Below, piece after piece: positions 39,857 to 49,876 of a stretch of DNA of 64,000 nt. The translations under genes and the position numbers were made by a program. Each line of letters begins with the position of its first letter. Positions within the stretch are counted from its first letter, which is position 1. The notes beneath the pieces are model-generated. The model saw only the letters and a list, made by a program, of their open reading frames with translations. It had not been told where the DNA came from and made no database searches. Source of the stretch: Candidatus Multivorans sp. (GTDB lineage: Bacteria > Acidobacteriota > Thermoanaerobaculia > Multivoradales > Multivoraceae); contig OZ245033.1 in assembly GCA_965224025.1 (NCBI GenBank), forward strand, positions 3,136,001-3,200,000, given 5' to 3'.

Positions 39857-40041
39857 CTGACGGTAGGCTGAAGAAGGCCAAGCTGGTGACCAGGAAGCGG
39901 GGGCGCGGGCAGGTGCTCGTGATTCGGGAGTACAGCGTCAACAGGAAGCACCAGTTGGTCCTCTTGACCCAGTTCCAAACCGTCGCCGGCGTGGGAACCT
40001 ACGCCTACAAGCTGGTCTACGACCGCAAGAAGGGCGCCTGA
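39857..40041 (+). pseudogene. 3' remnant of a paralogue of the 41423-41986 gene
   Basis: KKAKLVTRKRGRGQVLVIREYSVNRKHQLV...KLVYDRKKGA* aligns with KKAKLVTRTRGRGQAPTIQEYRLNRKGQLV...KWVYDR; no start codon. Confidence 0.75.
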
Positions 40042-40062
40042 CGCCGTTCCGGCGCCGGCTCG

Positions 40063-41292
40063 TCAGTTCGAACCGGTCGGGATGTCGCTGAAGGGCCGGT
40101 CGCGGTCGACGCGGATCTCGCCGGGCAGGGTGAGGACGCGCTCGGCGATGATGTTGCGCAGGATCTCGTCCGTTCCGGCGGCGATCCGCATTCCGGGAGC
40201 CGCCAGGTAGGCGTGGTGGAACATGCCGCCTGATGGTGCGTCCTCGCGGCCGCTGACGGAACCGGCCACATCAAGCAGGTCGGCCGCGAACGAGGCGATG
40301 TCCTGCCGGGCGCTGGCGGTGATCACCTTGCAGATCGAGTTCTCGGGTCCCGGCTGCTTGCCCTGGGAGATGGCGGTCAGAGTGCGCAGGAAGGTCAGCT
40401 CGACGCCGCGGCACTGCACGTACCAGTCGGCGATCCGGTCGCGCACGGCGCTCTGCGCCGCAACGGGTTCACCGTCGATCTCGAGTTCAGAGGCGATGCG
40501 CAGGGCGTCGCTCCAGTCGGGCGTCATCTGGTAGCGGCCGTGCCGTTCGTTCATCAGGGTGGTGATCGCCACCTGCCAGCCGTCGCCGACGTTCCCGAGA
40601 CGGTTGTGGTCGGGGACCCTGACGTTCTGCAGGAAGACCTCGTTGAATTCCGCGGTGCCGGGAATCTGCCGGATCGGCCGGGGCTCGATGCCGGCCGACT
40701 TCATGTCGACGACGAAGAAGGTCAGGCCCTTGTGCTTGGCCACGGTCGGGTCGTGGCGGGTGACCAGGATGCCCCAGTCGGCGAAGTGGGCGCCCGAGTT
40801 CCAGACCTTCTGGCCGTTGACGATCCACTCGTCGCCGTCCCGCTCGGCGCGGGTGCGAAGGCCGGCGAGGTCGGAACCCGCTCCCGGCTCGGAGAAGAGC
40901 TGGCACCAGACTTCCTCGCCGCTTGCCAGCTTGGGTAGGTAGCGGCGTTTCTGCTCCTCGGTGCCGTGCGCCATGATCGCCGGCGCGCAGGTGCCGTGGC
41001 CGATGTTGAGGTAGCCGTCGGGAACGTCGAACCTCGCCTGTTCCTGGTCCCAGATCACGCCCTCCATGAAAGTCGCGCCGCGGCCGCCGTGCTCCTTGGG
41101 CCAGGTGATGCAGGCCCAGCCGTCGTCGTACTTCTTCTGCTGCCACCCCTTGACGGCGGTCAGCCCCTCCTCTTCGGAGAGCCCGGCGTAGCGGGACGTG
41201 TCGCCGGGCGCCAGGGGTTCGGCGTTGGCTTCGAGCCACGCGCGCGCCTCGGCGCGGAAACTGGCCTCCTGCGGTGAGTCCTGAAAGTCCAT
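40063..41292 (-). CDS. Acyl-CoA dehydrogenase
   Basis: WCQLFSEPGAGSDLA, GQKVW, FNEVF, IAAGTDEILRN. Confidence 0.93.
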   Translation of the reverse strand: MDFQDSPQEASFRAEARAWLEANAEPLAPGDTSRYAGLSEEEGLTAVKGWQQKKYDDGWACITWPKEHGGRGATFMEGVIWDQEQARFDVPDGYLNIGHGTCAPAIMAHGTEEQKRRYLPKLASGEEVWCQLFSEPGAGSDLAGLRTRAERDGDEWIVNGQKVWNSGAHFADWGILVTRHDPTVAKHKGLTFFVVDMKSAGIEPRPIRQIPGTAEFNEVFLQNVRVPDHNRLGNVGDGWQVAITTLMNERHGRYQMTPDWSDALRIASELEIDGEPVAAQSAVRDRIADWYVQCRGVELTFLRTLTAISQGKQPGPENSICKVITASARQDIASFAADLLDVAGSVSGREDAPSGGMFHHAYLAAPGMRIAAGTDEILRNIIAERVLTLPGEIRVDRDRPFSDIPTGSN

Positions 41293-41422
41293 GGAATGTC
41301 TCCTGGGCAGCGGTGCGGTTGGTTCCGGGGAGTCGTGATTGTAGTCCAGCTTTTTACCGCCTGAGCGCCTGACGGTAGGCTAGGCCGAGGGCGATAGGGG
41401 AGGCTGAAGGAGAGGTGTCGCG

Positions 41423-41986
41423 ATGAGGGAGTTGCATTCGGTTCGTTCTTTGCTGGGGCCGGTGGTGCGATCGAGCGCAGTCCTGTCGCTGGCCGCGGTG
41501 ACGGCTGTCGCAGTGGCGCCGGTCGGGGCCGCCGCGCAGCGGGGAGGCGCTGAATCGGCGGATATGGGCGGAGAGTGGGTGTTGAACGAGGCCTTGAGCG
41601 ACGATCCGCAGGAGAGACTCTGGCGGTGGATACTGGACCACGCCGATAGCGGTGAAGTCGCACGCGACGGAGGCAACGTCGGCCCGGAGCGGCTCATGAT
41701 CGCCCTGGTCGACGAGGGAGTCCGGATCACCGTTTCGTCGGGCCGGTCCCGCTTGGTCCGGACTGACCGCATGTGGCGCCAGGGGAGCGCCGGCGGCGAG
41801 ACCCAGTCTTTCTGGAAGAAGGCGAAGCTGGTCACCAGGACCAGGGGCCGCGGGCAGGCGCCCACGATCCAGGAGTACCGCCTGAACAGGAAGGGGCAGT
41901 TGGTCGTCGTAAGCACGCTTCCGATGGTCGGCGACGCGCCCTCCATCGTCTTCAAGTGGGTCTATGACCGTGGGGGAGGCGTCTGA
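41423..41986 (+). CDS. Hypothetical secreted beta-rich protein
   Basis: Signal peptide, G.WVLN..LSDD; RBS AGGAGAGG. Confidence 0.65.
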   Translation: MRELHSVRSLLGPVVRSSAVLSLAAVTAVAVAPVGAAAQRGGAESADMGGEWVLNEALSDDPQERLWRWILDHADSGEVARDGGNVGPERLMIALVDEGVRITVSSGRSRLVRTDRMWRQGSAGGETQSFWKKAKLVTRTRGRGQAPTIQEYRLNRKGQLVVVSTLPMVGDAPSIVFKWVYDRGGGV

Positions 41987-42022
41987 ACCCGGCGCCGATC
42001 CTCAAGCCGTTCTCCCTGTGGT

Positions 42023-42976
42023 TCAGAGCCGGCCCGAGATGATTCCCTGGTCGGCCAGATCGGCGATCTCCGCGGCGTCGAGTCCGAGTTCTCGCAGCAG
42101 GTCGCCGGTGTGTTCGCCGAGTTCGGGCGCCGGTTGGGGCTTCACCTTGTCCTCGCCCTCGATGAGCACCGGGCTGTCCACCGTGCGCAGACGCCCGTAC
42201 TGCGGGTGGTCCAGGTCGCGGAACATGCCGATGGCCTCCAACTGTTCGTCGGCGACGATGTCGTCCAGGTTCGAGACGAGGCTGTAGGCGATCTCGTAGC
42301 GGGTGAACCGCTCGCTCCACGTGGTGACGTAAGAACCGGTACCGGTCCGTTCCCGCTTCAGCAGACCGGCGAGCACGGCCGAGAACAGAGTGACGCCGGT
42401 GGGGTGGTCGCCCGTGCCGCAGCCGAGCGGTCCCAGATGGCCGTCGACAGGCGTGAACGTCGCGACGAGTCCCGAGCGGGTCCAGTAGCAGACCTGGTCG
42501 TAGCCGGGCTTCTCGGCCTCCGGTCCGGTGTGGCCGTAGCCGGTGCCGTGGGCGAAGATGAGCCGCGGGTTGACCTCGCGCAAGCGGTCCCAGGTCATGC
42601 CCAGATCGTCGAGCACGGAGTTGTGGAAGTTGGTCAGGAACACGTCCGCCGTCCCGATCAGCCGGTGGGCGACCGCCTGGCTGCTCTCCTCCTTGAGGTC
42701 GATGACGACGCTCTTCTTGTTCCGGCCGTCGAGCAGGAAGCAGTACGGAATCTCGGAGTCCGGCATGCCGGGCAGATCCTGGAAGTAGCGGTAGAGGTCG
42801 CCCCTGCCAGGCGCCTCGATCTTGATCACTTCGGCCCCGAAGTCGGAGAGCATGGCGCACGCGGAGGGGGCCATGACGATCGTGGCGAGCTCCACCACGC
42901 GGACGCCTTCGAGCAGGGCCCCTTCGGGACAAGGCTGGCTGGCGCCCGGCTCGCCGACGAGCGGGCTTGAGGTCAC
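42023..42976 (-). pseudogene. CaiB/BaiF CoA-transferase with an in-frame internal deletion
   Basis: LEGVRVVEL, GAEVIKIE, RNKKS, GYD, GD; after RERTGTGSYVTT it jumps to the C-terminal part (PAPELGEHT). About 317 aa against the usual ~400. Confidence 0.7.
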
Positions 42977-43096
42977 GCCGGTTTCCCGCCGTGCGCAGGT
43001 TGACAATATGTGTTCAGAGCGGCGGGATTGTGACATAGGGCCAAGACACCTCGGAGTGCGGGATACGATCCCGCCGATGTTCGGGCGGGAGCCAGC

Positions 43097-43441
43097 ATGA
43101 CCGGAGTCCGGCTCGCCAAGCCCTGGCGCGACCTGGACGATGCCGCGATCGCCGCGCTGCCCGGGCAGTTGGGCGTGTTCGAAATCGGTGACGCGGAGGG
43201 CGCCGTCCTCGAACTGGGGTTCGCGGGTGGGCGCTCCCGCTTCGGTCTGCGCAGCGCGATCGCCGAGACGGCCGCGAAACACGAACGGGCGGCCAGGTTC
43301 CGCTACGAGGTGACGATGCAGTACTGGAGCCGCTTCGAGGAGTTGCTGGCCGTCCACGTCGCCGATCACGGCGACTTGCCGGCCGGGAACGCGGACCGGG
43401 GCGACCGGCGGATCGGCCGAATCGCCGCGCCGGGGAGGTGA
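43097..43441 (+). CDS. Small hypothetical protein, possibly a degenerate GIY-YIG-like fold
   Basis: LPGQLGVFEI...LELGFAGG.SRFGLR; sits 4 nt upstream of the acyl-CoA dehydrogenase start. Confidence 0.65.
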   Translation: MTGVRLAKPWRDLDDAAIAALPGQLGVFEIGDAEGAVLELGFAGGRSRFGLRSAIAETAAKHERAARFRYEVTMQYWSRFEELLAVHVADHGDLPAGNADRGDRRIGRIAAPGR

Positions 43442-43445
43442 GGCG

Positions 43446-44612
43446 TTGGACTTCGAACTCAGCACCGAACAGAAGCTGATCCTCGAGACGGTGCGGCGCT
43501 TCGTGCACGAGGAAATCGTGCCGCTCGAAGCGGACCTCGACCCGGACGCGAGCGAGCTGCCGCCGCATCACCGCGAGCGGCTGGTGGCGATGACGAAGGA
43601 ACTCGGTTTCTACGGCCTGGACATCCCGGAGGAGTACGGCGGGCCCGGCATCGATCTCACAACCAGGACGTTGATGGCGTTCGAGATGGCGCAGCACCGG
43701 GCCGGCCTTTACGCGCCCTGCTACGGCGTCTTCGGCGGCGCCGGGCTGGCCCAGTTGTACGAGGCGGACGACGACCAGAAGGAGCGCTACCTCTATCCGG
43801 TCCTGCGGGGCGAGAAGCGCGGCTTCTTTGCTCTCACCGAGCCCTCGGGCGGCAGCGATCCGGCCCGCGCGATTCGCACCGCGGCGGTGCGCGACGGCGA
43901 CGACTGGATCATCGACGGCGAGAAGACGTTCATCTCGGGCGCGGACAAGGCGGACTTCGGCATCGTGTTCGCGCGCAGCGATCCAGAACTTGGGCGCAAG
44001 GGAATCACGTGCTTCCTCGTCGACACGGACATGCCGGGTTTCCGGGTTCGGCGCATCGTCCATACGTTGCGCTCGACGCACTACGCGGCGGAACTCGAGT
44101 TCAACCGGGTACGGGTGCCGGGCCGCAACGTGCTGGGCGAGGTGAACCAGGGCTTCGCGATCGCCAACGACCGGCTGAGCCGCAACCGGATCCCGTATGC
44201 GGCAGGCTGCGTGGGCGTCGCGCTCAAGGCCCAGGAAATGGCGATCGCCTACGCCAAGACGCGCAAGACCTTCGGCGACTACCTGTCGACCCGGCAGGCG
44301 GTGCAGTGGATGATCGTGGACAACGAGATCGATCTGCGCACCGCCAGGGCGCTGACCCTGGAGGCCGCGGCCCGCGCCGACGCCGGCAAACCGTTCCGGA
44401 CCGAGGCGGCGATCTGCAAGCTGGTGGCGAGCGAGGGTGCGAGCCGGGTCGTCGACCGGGCGATGCAGATCCACGGCGGCTACGGCATGACGAAGGACCT
44501 GCCGCTCGAGCGCTGGTACCGGGAACTCCGGATCCGCCGCGTGGGTGAAGGCCCGAACGAGATCCAGCGCCTGATCGTCGCCCGCGACATCATCGGCGGT
44601 TCTTTCCACTGA
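43446..44612 (+). CDS. Acyl-CoA dehydrogenase
   Basis: FALTEPSGGSD, GEKTFISG, QIHGGYG, EGPNEIQR. Confidence 0.93.
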   Translation: MDFELSTEQKLILETVRRFVHEEIVPLEADLDPDASELPPHHRERLVAMTKELGFYGLDIPEEYGGPGIDLTTRTLMAFEMAQHRAGLYAPCYGVFGGAGLAQLYEADDDQKERYLYPVLRGEKRGFFALTEPSGGSDPARAIRTAAVRDGDDWIIDGEKTFISGADKADFGIVFARSDPELGRKGITCFLVDTDMPGFRVRRIVHTLRSTHYAAELEFNRVRVPGRNVLGEVNQGFAIANDRLSRNRIPYAAGCVGVALKAQEMAIAYAKTRKTFGDYLSTRQAVQWMIVDNEIDLRTARALTLEAAARADAGKPFRTEAAICKLVASEGASRVVDRAMQIHGGYGMTKDLPLERWYRELRIRRVGEGPNEIQRLIVARDIIGGSFH

Positions 44613-44648
44613 GGACCAGAGCGGCGCCGTGACCGCCAAGAGGCAGGG

Positions 44649-44882
44649 ATGAGCGACCACCACACTGGGAACGCGGGCGTCTCGCCCGCATCGGCCGCAG
44701 CGCGGCCGCCAAGGCCGCTGGCGGGAGTCCATGTCCTCGACCTGGGCCAGTTCTACCAGGGGCCCTACGCCGGCTTGCCGTCCGGACCGCTCGATCCGAG
44801 CCCCGAACTCGGCCGCCACGGAGAGGAAGTCGTCACCGTATGGCTCGGTGAGACGTCATCGCAAGAGAGGAGTTCCCCATGA
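44649..44882 (+). pseudogene. CaiB/BaiF CoA-transferase reduced to its N- and C-termini
   Basis: PLAGVHVLDLGQFYQGPYAGL joined directly to PSPELGRHGEEVVTVWLG; 77 aa in total. Confidence 0.8.
44665..44690 (+). repeat. REP-like palindromic element, copy 2 (inside the 5' end of the CaiB remnant)
   Basis: ctgggaacgcgggcgtctcgcccgca. Confidence 0.8.
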
Positions 44883-46048
44883 ACGTTGCCCGCATCGAGA
44901 CCCGCCACTGCGACGCCGGTTGGCGGAACTACCACTTCGTGAAGCTCACCACCGACGATGGAATCGTCGGCTGGAGCGAGTACGACCAGCACCAGGGCGC
45001 GCTCGGCGTCACGACGGTGATCGAGCAGTTGGGTGAGGTGGTCGTCGGCATGCGGGTCGCGGACCTGGAACGGATCTACCAGCGCCTGCTGACGAGGGCC
45101 CGGCAGTCGATGTCCGGCGTCATGGCGATGGCGATCGGCGCGATCGAGAACGCGCTGCTGGATGCCCGGGCCAAGGAGCTTGGCGTCCCCTGCTGCGACC
45201 TCCTGGGTGGCCGGGTGCGCGACCGGGTGCGGGTCTACTGGTCGCACTGCGGGACCTGGCGGATCGGGCTGCCGCAGTACTACGGGAACGCGATCACGGA
45301 CATCGACGGCGTCACAGCACTCGGTGCCGAAGTGCGGGAGCGGGGATTCACGGCGCTCAAGACGAACATCTTCGACTACTCGAGCGGCTCGCCCCGCGGC
45401 TGGGCGCCGGGCTTCGGCCGTCCCTTCGAGCCCGGCCAGAACGTTGACCGCAAGGTGATCTCGAACCTGCGGCGACACCTCGGGGCGCTGCGCGATGGCG
45501 CGGGGCCGGACGTCGACATCCTGCTCGACCTGAACTTCAACGCGAAGATCTCCGGCTACCGCCAGATCGTGCGGGCGCTCGCCGACCTCGACCTGTTCTG
45601 GATCGAGATCGACACGCCGTCGGCCGAGGGCCTGGCGACGGTGCGCCAGGAAAGCCGGCACCCGATCAGCTCCTGCGAGACGCTGATCACGCCGGCCGCC
45701 TTTCTGCCGTTTCTGCGGGCCGAGGCGGTCGACGTGGCGATCATCGACGCGGTCTGGAACGGCGTCTGGCAGTCCCTGAAGATCGCGGCTCTGGCCGGTG
45801 CCTACGAGGTCAACGTGGCGCCGCACAACTACTACGGCCACCTGGCGACGATGATGAACGCCCACATGAGCGCCGCGGTACCGAACCTGCGGATCATGGA
45901 GACGGACATCGACCGGCTCCCGTGGGACGGCGAGGTCTTCACGCACGAGCCCGAGTTCGAGGACGGCGGCTTCCTGGTCGTGCCGGAGCGGGCCGGCTGG
46001 GGCACGGCGCCGGACGAGGCGGGGCTGGCCCGGCATCCGCCGACGTAG
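44879..46048 (+). CDS. Mandelate racemase/muconate-lactonizing enzyme family protein
   Basis: GIVGWSE, IENALLD..AK, LLGG..RD, ALKTN, LLDLN, WIEID, SCE, APHN. Confidence 0.9.
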   Translation: MNVARIETRHCDAGWRNYHFVKLTTDDGIVGWSEYDQHQGALGVTTVIEQLGEVVVGMRVADLERIYQRLLTRARQSMSGVMAMAIGAIENALLDARAKELGVPCCDLLGGRVRDRVRVYWSHCGTWRIGLPQYYGNAITDIDGVTALGAEVRERGFTALKTNIFDYSSGSPRGWAPGFGRPFEPGQNVDRKVISNLRRHLGALRDGAGPDVDILLDLNFNAKISGYRQIVRALADLDLFWIEIDTPSAEGLATVRQESRHPISSCETLITPAAFLPFLRAEAVDVAIIDAVWNGVWQSLKIAALAGAYEVNVAPHNYYGHLATMMNAHMSAAVPNLRIMETDIDRLPWDGEVFTHEPEFEDGGFLVVPERAGWGTAPDEAGLARHPPT

Positions 46049-46109
46049 GAGCAGCCGCAGCGGAGTTGCAGCGTTGCGGTGCAGGGAACCGGGCGCGCCT
46101 ACCGACCTG

Positions 46110-47147
46110 TCAATCGCTCAGTCGCTGCAGAAGGTCCTCCGCGCTCCCGCACTCCTGCGCCGCCCGCATCAGTTCCACTGGCGACTTGTCGCCGAAGACG
46201 GCGAGACGCGCCGCGAGGTCGGCGTCGACGGCTACGCCGCGGCTCTCGAGCAGAGCTGCCACCGCGGCGACCATGCCTTCCGCTCGACCTTCCGCCCGGC
46301 CTTCCGCCCGGCCTTCCGCCCGGCTCTCGTCTCGCTCGTACCGCAGCCACCGATCCTGGTCGGGGCCCGTCCCTTCGCGTGCGCCCAGGGCGCGGCCCAC
46401 CCGGCGCAGCACGGTCATCGTCTGGTCGCTGGGCAGGTGCTCGTTGAGAGCGCGGTGGATCTCCTCCGCCGTCCAGCCGGGGAAGGCGCGGCTGGACGGT
46501 GTGCTCTCGAACCGGCCGTTCTCGAGAACGTGGATCGTGAGCCCCGATCTGCGCGACCTGGGTTGGCTTGCCGCGCGCTCGTCGGGCACGTCGACCCAGA
46601 CCTCCGGGAAGCCCCATGCCTCGTAGCGCGGCAACTTGCCGCGCCGGACATCGGTGGAGTGGTCGACTTCCAGGACGACATCCGGCAGGTCGCCTCCGTC
46701 TACGTCGACTCTCGGGCTCAGTCCGACCGCCGCCGGCGGGTTGACGTACACGATCTGGTCCGCCTGCATGAGAACCCTCATCTTGCCGCTGGCGAAGAGC
46801 CGCACCAGGTCCGTCGTCCCGAACGTCTCGATGAGGGACCCGCTCGAAGCGGCGACCCGTTCGGCCAGCCTCGCCAGGCGTTGGGAGGGCCGTTCGTGAA
46901 ACAGCGTGGTCGGTTCGCAGACCACCATCGCCGTCTCGGTCCGGCTGTCCCAGTACTCGACCCGGCCTTCGTGGTCTTCGATCTTCTCCCGCGGGATCGG
47001 GACCGCCTCGCAGCCGGGGAAGTCGGCGGGGTCGAGCGGCCAGCCGTCGGCGTCGAGCTGGGCGCCCACCGGCCCGGCGGCAGCTTCTCGAGGGTCAGTC
47101 CCCTCGCCCTCCAGGTTGGGAAGAACTGCAGCGGCACCATCAGCCAT
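46110..47147 (-). CDS. Uma2 (DUF820) PD-(D/E)xK nuclease with (RAEG)4 repeats and a small C-terminal domain
   Basis: QADQ, PDVVLEVD, K...Y...G.PEVW; 12-bp repeat x4 at 46276-46323. Confidence 0.85.
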   Translation of the reverse strand: MADGAAAVLPNLEGEGTDPREAAAGPVGAQLDADGWPLDPADFPGCEAVPIPREKIEDHEGRVEYWDSRTETAMVVCEPTTLFHERPSQRLARLAERVAASSGSLIETFGTTDLVRLFASGKMRVLMQADQIVYVNPPAAVGLSPRVDVDGGDLPDVVLEVDHSTDVRRGKLPRYEAWGFPEVWVDVPDERAASQPRSRRSGLTIHVLENGRFESTPSSRAFPGWTAEEIHRALNEHLPSDQTMTVLRRVGRALGAREGTGPDQDRWLRYERDESRAEGRAEGRAEGRAEGMVAAVAALLESRGVAVDADLAARLAVFGDKSPVELMRAAQECGSAEDLLQRLSD

Positions 47148-47199
47148 GGCCCTAGACTACAGCCGATAACTCGGAACGGAGGGATCGAAACGCAGCTCC

Positions 47200-47234
47200 G
47201 GGACGCGGCGAACGAGCTGCGGGCGAACTCGCGG
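47200..47234 (+). repeat. 35-bp exact copy of the hsdM 5' region (48357-48391)
   Basis: gggacgcggcgaacgagctgcgggcgaactcgcgg at both sites (encodes [11 protein letters not shown]). Confidence 0.9.
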
Positions 47235-47264
47235 TTGGTCCGGTGTGGACTCGTTGCCGACCCT

Positions 47265-47329
47265 CCCCGGCTGGCGGTTCGAGACCCGGATGATCCACGC
47301 CGGGGCCGCGCCCGAGCCGATCTCCGGTG
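47265..47329 (+). repeat. 65-bp copy of the metY 5' region (53461-53525)
   Basis: 6 mismatches in 65 nt by manual alignment; encodes PGWRFETRMIHAGAAPEPISG. Confidence 0.85.
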
Positions 47330-47439
47330 TTCCAGCCGGCATCCGGTGCGTCTTGTGCGTCTCAGCTTGGTGCGGGCGAGTAGTATCGCGCTGAGGCCCC
47401 AAGAAAGGGGCCGACTTTGGCGATACGGAGGCACGAGAC

Positions 47440-47934
47440 ATGACATCAGCTTCAAGGGCGTCCTTGCCTGCCTCGTTCGCCCTGCAAGTCGAGGCGCGAC
47501 TGGCCGTGCAGCGCGCCGAGTATGGCGCTCGGATCGAGATGACGGGCCAAGCGGGATCTGTATACGAGGGGGACGATGATGTCTATGCCGTACGCGGCGT
47601 GAAGCCGGGCGGCGTGGTGGGCTTTGGCGCCTCCATCAAGGAGGCATGCCGCGATCACACCCAGAGACTGGGACTCGTACTCGACGATCTGCTTCAGGAA
47701 TCCGCGTCCTATGACGAGTTCGAGCGTCGGGCACAGGCACTCTTCGCCTACGAGAGTCCGTGGTCGCGGCAGCGGTTCGACAGGGCACTGGAGCAGGCGG
47801 TAGCGTCTCTGTTCTCAAGCGACGAGACTTCAGTTGCTGAACCCGACCACTCCATGCCTCCATCGTGGCGCCCGGTCGGTCCTGACCAGCATCTGTCGGC
47901 ACCGGTGACGAGCCTCATTCACCGGAATGCTTGA
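47440..47934 (+). CDS. Hypothetical protein, HicB-like N-terminal fold
   Basis: VYAVRGVKPGGVVGFGASIKEA resembles the HicB 'PG...G.T.EEA' motif; GGAGG upstream. Confidence 0.5.
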   Translation: MTSASRASLPASFALQVEARLAVQRAEYGARIEMTGQAGSVYEGDDDVYAVRGVKPGGVVGFGASIKEACRDHTQRLGLVLDDLLQESASYDEFERRAQALFAYESPWSRQRFDRALEQAVASLFSSDETSVAEPDHSMPPSWRPVGPDQHLSAPVTSLIHRNA

Positions 47935-48319
47935 TGGGGCAGGCCACGGAGGAGCAAGAGTCGAAGTCGGGAACAAGGAACCGGGCGCACCGAGATCACG
48001 CTGATCTCCAGCAGGTTCGACGCCGAGAGCGAGGAACAGCATCGTGCTCTCATCGACGTCTTCAACCGAGAAGGAACCCTGAAACTCAAGCTCAGCGGCA
48101 GGGAGTTCCATGCCGAGCGGATCACGAAGATCCCGACTGAGGACGATCTGACGATGGTTGTCAAGGGCAGGTGGGTCGATTCGTGATTCTGTGCTCAACG
48201 CCTCGTTGGCCGAACTGGGAGTGCTTGTGGTCGTGGAGAATCGGGCGCACGCGACCAGCAGATTCCTTCGGGCCGTTGCGGCTTGAGGCGTGGGGAGACA
48301 CGGCTGCCCCGGAAAGGCC

Positions 48320-49876
48320 ATGAACGACAGCGGAAACCAGTTGGAGGCGCGGCTTTGGGACGCGGCGAACGAGCTGCGGGCGAACTCGCGGCTCAAGGCG
48401 TCGGAGTACTCGACGCCGGTGCTGGGGCTGGTGTGTCTGCGCTATGCGGACCACAGGTTCCAGGCGGCCAGGGAGGAGATCGAAGGTGCGTCAAGTAGGC
48501 GGCGGCAAGTCGGGCCGGCGGACTACCAGGCGCGGGGCGTGCTTTACGTGCCCCCGGAGGCGAGCTATCGACGCCTGACCCGGCTGCCGGAAGGCGAGAA
48601 CGTCGGCGCAGCCGTCAACGAGGCGATGAGTGCGATCGAGGCCGCCAACCCGGACTTGAAGGATGTTCTTCCGAAGACCTACAACCGCTTCGACAATGCT
48701 CTCCTGAGTGAGTTGCTGAAGACCATGAACTCGGTGCCTATGGACGTCGAAGGCGACGTGTTCGGGAAGATCTACGAGTACTTCCTGGGCAAGTTCGCGA
48801 TGGCCGAAGGGCAGAAGAGAGGAGAGTTCTTTACTCCGACCTCGATCGTGCGCCTGATTGTCGGCATCATCGAGCCCTTCCGGGGCCGCATCTTCGATCC
48901 GGCCTGCGGCACGGGCGGCATGTTCGTCCAGTGCGCCCGCTTCGTTGAAGAGCACCGCCGGGACCCCAACGCGGAGCTCTCGGTCTTCGGTCAGGAGCGG
49001 GTCGCGGACACGGTGCGGCTGGCGAAGATGAATCTCGCCGTCCACGGCCTGGAGGGCGACATCCGGCGGGGCAACGCCTACTACGAGGATCTGCATCGCT
49101 CTCCCGGACGGTTCGACTTCGTGATGGCGAATCCACCCTTCAACGTGAAGAAAGTGGACAAGCCGCGGCTCAAGGACGACAAACGCTTTGGACTCGGCCT
49201 GCCACGCGCCGACAATGCGAACTACCTCTGGATCCAGGTCTTCGCGAGCGCTTTGGCCGAGGGCGGCCGGGCCGGCTTCGTGATGGCGAACTCCGCCGCC
49301 GACGCCGGGCATTCGGAACTTGAGCTTCGGAGGAAGCTGATCCAGAGCGGCATCGTGGACGCGGTCGTTGCCGTGGGACCGAGTTTCTTCTACACCGTGA
49401 CCCTGCCCTGCACGCTGTGGTTCCTGGACAGGGGCAAGCAGGACACGGACCGGGCCGACCGGGTGCTGTTCGTGGACGCGCGAGAGGTCTACCGGCAGGT
49501 CGACCGCGCCCACCGCGACTGGACGGAGGCGCAGATCGAGTTCCTGGCGAACATCGCTCGTCTTTGGCGGGACCGGGCGCCGGAGAACTTGCACGACGGC
49601 GCCGAGATGCTCGCTGAGCACTTCGGGTCGACGCCGGGGTACCGGGATGTGCCCGGCCTTTGCAGGTCGGCGACACTGGCCGAGATCGACGCGCAAGGCT
49701 GGAGTCTGAATCCGGACCGCTACGTAGGCGTGGCCGAGAGGCGAGAGGATGAGTTTGACTTCAAGGTACGGCTCCGCGAGCTGCACGCGGAACTGGAGGG
49801 GTTGAACCAGGAGGGTTGGGAGCTCGAGGAGCGGATTGCGGAGAACGTAGCGTTGTTGCTGGGGACTGAGAAGTGA
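48320..49876 (+). CDS. hsdM: Type I R-M methyltransferase subunit
   Basis: [29 protein letters not shown] (m6A), WSLNP.RYVG. Confidence 0.95.
   Translation: MNDSGNQLEARLWDAANELRANSRLKASEYSTPVLGLVCLRYADHRFQAAREEIEGASSRRRQVGPADYQARGVLYVPPEASYRRLTRLPEGENVGAAVNEAMSAIEAANPDLKDVLPKTYNRFDNALLSELLKTMNSVPMDVEGDVFGKIYEYFLGKFAMAEGQKRGEFFTPTSIVRLIVGIIEPFRGRIFDPACGTGGMFVQCARFVEEHRRDPNAELSVFGQERVADTVRLAKMNLAVHGLEGDIRRGNAYYEDLHRSPGRFDFVMANPPFNVKKVDKPRLKDDKRFGLGLPRADNANYLWIQVFASALAEGGRAGFVMANSAADAGHSELELRRKLIQSGIVDAVVAVGPSFFYTVTLPCTLWFLDRGKQDTDRADRVLFVDAREVYRQVDRAHRDWTEAQIEFLANIARLWRDRAPENLHDGAEMLAEHFGSTPGYRDVPGLCRSATLAEIDAQGWSLNPDRYVGVAERREDEFDFKVRLRELHAELEGLNQEGWELEERIAENVALLLGTEK

Noticed and set aside
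47932-47934. Selenocysteine or readthrough TGA extending the HicB-like ORF
   Set aside because: No redox-motif context or evident SECIS, and the residues right after the TGA are not protein-like.
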